NCBI GenBank assembly: GCA_045540655.1
Contig: JAZQHP010000032.1
Span: forward strand, 1,801-65,800
Length of the DNA: 64,000 nt
Direction: 5' to 3'
Source of the DNA: Acutalibacteraceae bacterium
Lineage (GTDB): Bacteria; Bacillota; Clostridia; Oscillospirales; Acutalibacteraceae
Below the pieces are notes generated by a model, which was given only the letters and a program-made list of their open reading frames with translations, ran no database searches and was not told where the DNA came from. A program made the translations under genes and the position numbers. This document shows positions 59,879 to 64,000 of this stretch, piece after piece. How positions within the stretch are numbered: the first letter of the stretch is position 1; every line of letters begins with the position of its first letter.

Positions 59879-61372
59879 TCAGATATTCAGCATGTCATAA
59901 ACAACCTGACGCATGTTCTCTTTATCGCACACGCCGTTGAAACGCGGCGTTTTGCCGCGCAGACCGTCGAGCGGCGCCGGAACCGCTTCGTTTGTCGTAC
60001 GATTGAGCGCTTCCACCTTTTCAAATTCATCCATAGAAGCCGTGTCGACATCCAGCGCCTTAAGAACACTGTCAGAGAACTTGTAGGGATTTGCCGTCGA
60101 CGCAATCACCGTCGGCGTTGTATCGCCGGAAGTACGGCGATAGTCCTCATACACATGCACCGCCACAGCCGTATGCGTATCGCACAGATAGTTATACTTT
60201 TCAAAGATATTGCGAATGGTTTCCGCTGTTTGCACATCGTCACAGCATCCGCCGACAAACAACTCTTTCATTTTTTGCATGACATCCGCCGAGACGGTGT
60301 ATTCGCCGTCTTCAGACAACGCGGTCATCAGCTCGCGGATGGTTTCGTCCGAACGGTCGCAAAGCTCGTACAGGAGGCGTTCGAGATTCGACGAAATCAA
60401 AATATCCATCGACGGCGAAGAAGTTGTATAGAAATCGCGGTTGCGGTTGTAAGTGCCCGTCGAAATGAAATCGGTCAACACACGGTTACGGTTGGAAGCG
60501 CAGATCAGTTTTGCAATCGGCAGACCCATACGTTTCGCATAATACGCCGCCAGAATGTTACCGAAATTGCCCGTGGGAACAACCACATTCATGGGATCAC
60601 CGTTTCGGATGGCTCCTTTACGGATCAGATCGCAATACGCCGAGACGTAATAGACGATCTGCGGCACGAGACGGCCCCAGTTGATGGAGTTGGCGCTCGA
60701 GAACATCATGCCGTTATCGGCAAGCATTTTCGCAACCTCAGCATCGGTAAAGATGGTTTTTACGCCGGTCTGGGCATCGTCAAAGTTACCGCGAATGGCG
60801 CACACAGAAACATTAGCACCTTCCTGTGTGACCATCTGCAGTTTCTGCATCGGGCTGACACCGTCTTCGGGATAAAACACCAGAATACGGGTGTTCGCAG
60901 CGTCGCGGGAGCCTTCCAAGGCCGCTTTGCCGGTATCGCCGGACGTCGCAACCAGGATGACGATCTCTTGGCCATCGGAGGTTTTACCCGCCGACACACG
61001 CATCAGATGCGGCAAAATCTGCAACGCCATATCCTTGAAAGCACAGGTCGGTCCGTGCCAAAGCTCCAAAATGTATGCTTGATCATCAAGAACTTGGAGA
61101 GGTGCAATCTCCTCATGACGGAAACGCTCAAGCGAATACGCCGCCGCGGTACACTCGGCGACTTCTTCCTCGGTAAAATCAGTCAGATACTTTTTCAACA
61201 CATACGTCGCTCGATCCACGTACGAAAGCTCCACCAAAGACGCAATTTCGTCAGCGGTCAGTGTCGGAAAATGATCGGGGACAAACAGTCCTCCGTCTTT
61301 GGAAATACCTTGTGTGATGGCACGCGCGGCATCCACGCTTACCCCACTGTTTCGTGTGCTGTTGTACTGCAT
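59879..61372 (-). CDS. thrC: Threonine synthase
   Basis: PLP lysine in CAFKDMALQ, TSGDTGKAA. Length about 497 aa (long form). Confidence 0.93.
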   Translation of the reverse strand: MQYNSTRNSGVSVDAARAITQGISKDGGLFVPDHFPTLTADEIASLVELSYVDRATYVLKKYLTDFTEEEVAECTAAAYSLERFRHEEIAPLQVLDDQAYILELWHGPTCAFKDMALQILPHLMRVSAGKTSDGQEIVILVATSGDTGKAALEGSRDAANTRILVFYPEDGVSPMQKLQMVTQEGANVSVCAIRGNFDDAQTGVKTIFTDAEVAKMLADNGMMFSSANSINWGRLVPQIVYYVSAYCDLIRKGAIRNGDPMNVVVPTGNFGNILAAYYAKRMGLPIAKLICASNRNRVLTDFISTGTYNRNRDFYTTSSPSMDILISSNLERLLYELCDRSDETIRELMTALSEDGEYTVSADVMQKMKELFVGGCCDDVQTAETIRNIFEKYNYLCDTHTAVAVHVYEDYRRTSGDTTPTVIASTANPYKFSDSVLKALDVDTASMDEFEKVEALNRTTNEAVPAPLDGLRGKTPRFNGVCDKENMRQVVYDMLNI

Positions 61373-61455
61373 TACACATCCTCCTCCGTATTGATAACGG
61401 TCAATATTCTAACGCATTCCTTCTCAAAGATCAAAGGATTCACATTAAAAACCAA

Positions 61456-61842
61456 TCAAAATGCTTCGTGTAGATCTCCGGCTTCGTACGCACTGATCAG
61501 ATGATCGATCTGGGTCGGAATCATCGGATCCTCATCGGAAACCCACACTTCTACTACATCAAACCGCGGTTGCAGATTGGATGGATACGCCCGCATATAC
61601 ATGGATGCGGTGCGCAAAATCTTTTGCTGTTTGCTGTGAGTTACCGCTTCACGCGGCAGGATTTCTGCATGCTCGGAACGGGCTTTCACTTCCACAAAAA
61701 CAATGTACAGCCCGTCCTGTGCAATGATATCGATCTCTCCAAAGCGGGAATGATAGTTGGATGACATGACGCGATAGCCTTTTTCTCGCAAAAATCGCGC
61801 CGCAATCACCTCTCCCGCAATGCCTTTGGTTGTGGTATGCAT
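61456..61842 (-). CDS. yraN: YraN family (UPF0102) endonuclease-like protein
   Basis: GEVIAARFLREKGYRV...FGEIDIIAQDG..VFVEVKAR. GGAGGGA RBS precedes ATG 61842. Confidence 0.85.
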   Translation of the reverse strand: MHTTTKGIAGEVIAARFLREKGYRVMSSNYHSRFGEIDIIAQDGLYIVFVEVKARSEHAEILPREAVTHSKQQKILRTASMYMRAYPSNLQPRFDVVEVWVSDEDPMIPTQIDHLISAYEAGDLHEAF

Positions 61843-61847
61843 GGGAT

Positions 61848-62465
61848 TTATCCCTCCGCTTTGGCGAATAACTTTTTCAGAAAACTGCGGCGATGGCAAG
61901 GCAAAACACCGTACCGCAAAATAGCATCACAGTGTACTTTCGTGCCGTATCCCTTGTGTGCGGCAAATCCGTATTGCGGATATTCGCGATCAAGCTCCAG
62001 CATCAGGCGGTCACGGCTTACCTTGGCAAGAACCGACGCCGCGGCAACCGAAGCAGACAACGCATCCCCTTTGATAACATACTGTGCCGGACACGGAAGG
62101 TCGGCAGGCACGCGGTTGCCGTCAATTAAAATGTGCGACGGCGTGACAGAAAGCCCCTCAACCGCACGTCTCATAGCCGTCATGGTTGCTTCGAGAATAT
62201 TCATCTCCTCGATTTCCTCGACCGTCGCAAACGCAATGGAATATGCCAGCGCTTTTTCACAAATCTGCGGAAACAACGCTTCGCGTTTCTTTTCGGTCAG
62301 TTTTTTGGAGTCGTTAAGCCCGTCAATTTCGACACCTTGAGGCAATATGACGGCGGCCGCACACACAGGACCGGCAAAGGGGCCGCGTCCGGCTTCGTCC
62401 ACCCCACAAAGCAAAAACAAATCATCTGCACGAAATTGCTCATCAAATTCCGTCAACACGTTCAT
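61848..62465 (-). CDS. rnhB: Ribonuclease HII
   Basis: [26 protein letters not shown]. Confidence 0.93.
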   Translation of the reverse strand: MNVLTEFDEQFRADDLFLLCGVDEAGRGPFAGPVCAAAVILPQGVEIDGLNDSKKLTEKKREALFPQICEKALAYSIAFATVEEIEEMNILEATMTAMRRAVEGLSVTPSHILIDGNRVPADLPCPAQYVIKGDALSASVAAASVLAKVSRDRLMLELDREYPQYGFAAHKGYGTKVHCDAILRYGVLPCHRRSFLKKLFAKAEG

Positions 62466-62471
62466 GCCGAG

Positions 62472-63344
62472 TCAACCTTTCTTTTCGGGAGGGAACTCCC
62501 ACGTGATGCGCCCGCAACGCCCCGATCGATATTCATCAAGGAGCATATTGGCGGCACGAAGTGTGTCCACTTCGCCACGCGAAATCAACATACCGCGCTT
62601 GCGACCGACCGCCTCGAGTAACTCATAAGACGTCTCAGGGAGCGGTTCTTCAAGTTTATATCTCTCAAGGAAAAACGGTCGATAATGGGTAGCAAGAAGC
62701 ATCACAAGATCACACGCCAGTTCCTCAACATCCAGAATCTGATCGCGGATCGCACCGGTAAACGCCAACCGCAACGCGGCTTCCTGATCCTCAAATTTCG
62801 GCCACAAAACACCGGGAGTGTCCAGCAATTGCGCACCTGAAGGCAAGGTAAACCACTGGTTGCCGCGAGTTACGCCGGGACGATCTTCGGTTTTTGCCTT
62901 GGACGCCCGCGCCATACGATTGATAAAGGTGGATTTTCCGACGTTCGGAATACCGACCACCATCGCACGTACCGGGCGACCGACCATGCCCTTCTGATTC
63001 CAGATTTCTCTTTGTGAAGCCAACGCTTCCTCCAGCACGCTCTCGAGCTTCTGGAGTCCTTTGCCGGTTTTACAGTCAGCGGGAAGTACATAATGCCCTT
63101 GCGACTGAAAAAAAGTCACCCAGCGGCGAGTGGCGTTATCGTCCGCCATATCCGCCTTATTCATAATAATCAGTCGCGGCTTTCCTGCGGTCAACTGATC
63201 GATTTCGGGATTCCGACTGCTCATGGGAATCCGTGCATCGATAATCTCGATCACCATATCCACAAGACCCAGGCTTTCTTTCAGCTTGCGTCTCGTTTTT
63301 GCCATGTGTCCCGGAAACCATTGGATCGGTTTGCTGTGTTCCAC
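62472..63344 (-). CDS. rbgA: Ribosome biogenesis GTPase YlqF/RbgA
   Basis: QWFPGHMAK. Circularly permuted GTPase with NKADM before the P-loop GIPNVGKSTFIN. GTG start. Confidence 0.92.
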   Translation of the reverse strand: MEHSKPIQWFPGHMAKTRRKLKESLGLVDMVIEIIDARIPMSSRNPEIDQLTAGKPRLIIMNKADMADDNATRRWVTFFQSQGHYVLPADCKTGKGLQKLESVLEEALASQREIWNQKGMVGRPVRAMVVGIPNVGKSTFINRMARASKAKTEDRPGVTRGNQWFTLPSGAQLLDTPGVLWPKFEDQEAALRLAFTGAIRDQILDVEELACDLVMLLATHYRPFFLERYKLEEPLPETSYELLEAVGRKRGMLISRGEVDTLRAANMLLDEYRSGRCGRITWEFPPEKKG

Positions 63345-63365
63345 AAGACCACCTTCTTATCTGTG

Positions 63366-63944
63366 TTATTTCACTTCGTAATTATCGTAGATGCCACCAA
63401 TTGCATCAAGTGGATAAAAACGAAACACGGCTTTACCGACGATCTGTTCTTCGGGAATAAACCTCAGATCATTTTTACGGCTGTCGTGGGAATTGTTGCG
63501 ATGATCGCCGAGTACGAAAACGCATCCTTCGGGAACGGTCACCTCACCCGCCAATCCTTCGGGATAAGTCGGATAATGAATGTAAGCGCTTTCGTCGAGC
63601 GCTTTTCCGTTCAGAATGACACACGCATTCACAGGATCGATTTTTACCGTATCGCCGGCCACGGCAATCACACGTTTGATAACGGGCGTATTGTTATCAC
63701 GGTTAACGACGATGATATCGCCGCGTTCAGGCGTGTAAAATGCTTTCGTGAGCAACAGACGATCCCCATCCTGCAAGGTGTCCTGCATGGACGAGCCGTC
63801 CACACCGACAATGCGGATGAAGAAGGCAAACAAAACCGCCACCATCACCAACGCGAAGACAGCAACTTCCACGAAATCATAAACGGATTCAATCGCAGAT
63901 ACTTTTTGTTTTTGAGTGGATGTTTCCTGATTCATAAGCGTCAA
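63366..63944 (-). CDS. lepB: Signal peptidase I
   Basis: TM anchor, catalytic Ser in GSSMQDTL, Lys box RVIAVAGD, GDHRNNSHDSR. Start ambiguous (TTG 63944 or ATG 63935). Confidence 0.9.
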   Translation of the reverse strand: MTLMNQETSTQKQKVSAIESVYDFVEVAVFALVMVAVLFAFFIRIVGVDGSSMQDTLQDGDRLLLTKAFYTPERGDIIVVNRDNNTPVIKRVIAVAGDTVKIDPVNACVILNGKALDESAYIHYPTYPEGLAGEVTVPEGCVFVLGDHRNNSHDSRKNDLRFIPEEQIVGKAVFRFYPLDAIGGIYDNYEVK

Positions 63945-64000
63945 ACGCCTCCTGTAAAAACCAAACCGATTTTTGTCCCTATTTATTTAAGTATAACATA

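Overview
This is 64 kb of core chromosome from a Firmicutes/Clostridia-type bacterium. It looks mid-GC by eye. Lineage markers are an IspH-S1 fusion gene, ctsR-mcsA-mcsB-clpC, nifS-nifU, a DUF1540 gene and a class-A RNase P RNA. I call 61 protein-coding genes, tRNA-Lys(UUU), rnpB, a set of rho-independent terminators, several near-consensus sigma-A-type promoters and a tandem CtsR operator. The content is mostly housekeeping: uvrA (3' part), two M42 peptidases, cmk-plsC-ispH/rpsA, the Clp/Lon/trigger-factor proteostasis genes, rnj, gdpP-rplI-dnaB, tilS-hpt-ftsH, queA-tgt-yajC, asd-dapA-dapB/lysA, thrC and lepB-ylqF-rnhB-yraN. There is also a short capsule-regulation module (cpsC/D/B-like plus capD). 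I saw no transposase, phage, CRISPR, R-M, toxin-antitoxin or recognised defence gene, so I do not think this is a classical accessory island. Structure that the gene list does not explain is concentrated at 41.7-43.4 kb. Gene orientation flips there from 35/40 CDS on + to 18/21 CDS on -, which is terminus-like convergence. At that junction sits a XerC/D-family tyrosine recombinase gene. A perfect 28-bp 11-6-11 palindrome, the architecture of a dif/Xer core site, ends 3 nt before its RBS. A 14-nt copy of one arm lies 575 bp upstream, next to a strong promoter with no ORF of its own, and the two copies bracket an oppositely oriented DUF1540 gene. My best candidate for something undescribed is a single-recombinase dif/Xer-like module, or alternatively a recombinase-controlled switch or cassette. 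The second candidate is a translationally coupled operon at 4.9-8.2 kb encoding a DUF5685 protein, a J-domain/TPR protein with a 12-cysteine C-terminal cysteine string, a polytopic membrane protein and a zinc-ribbon-anchored membrane protein. All functional calls come from motif recognition by eye and no database search was run. Start codons were chosen by RBS spacing and may be off by a few codons.
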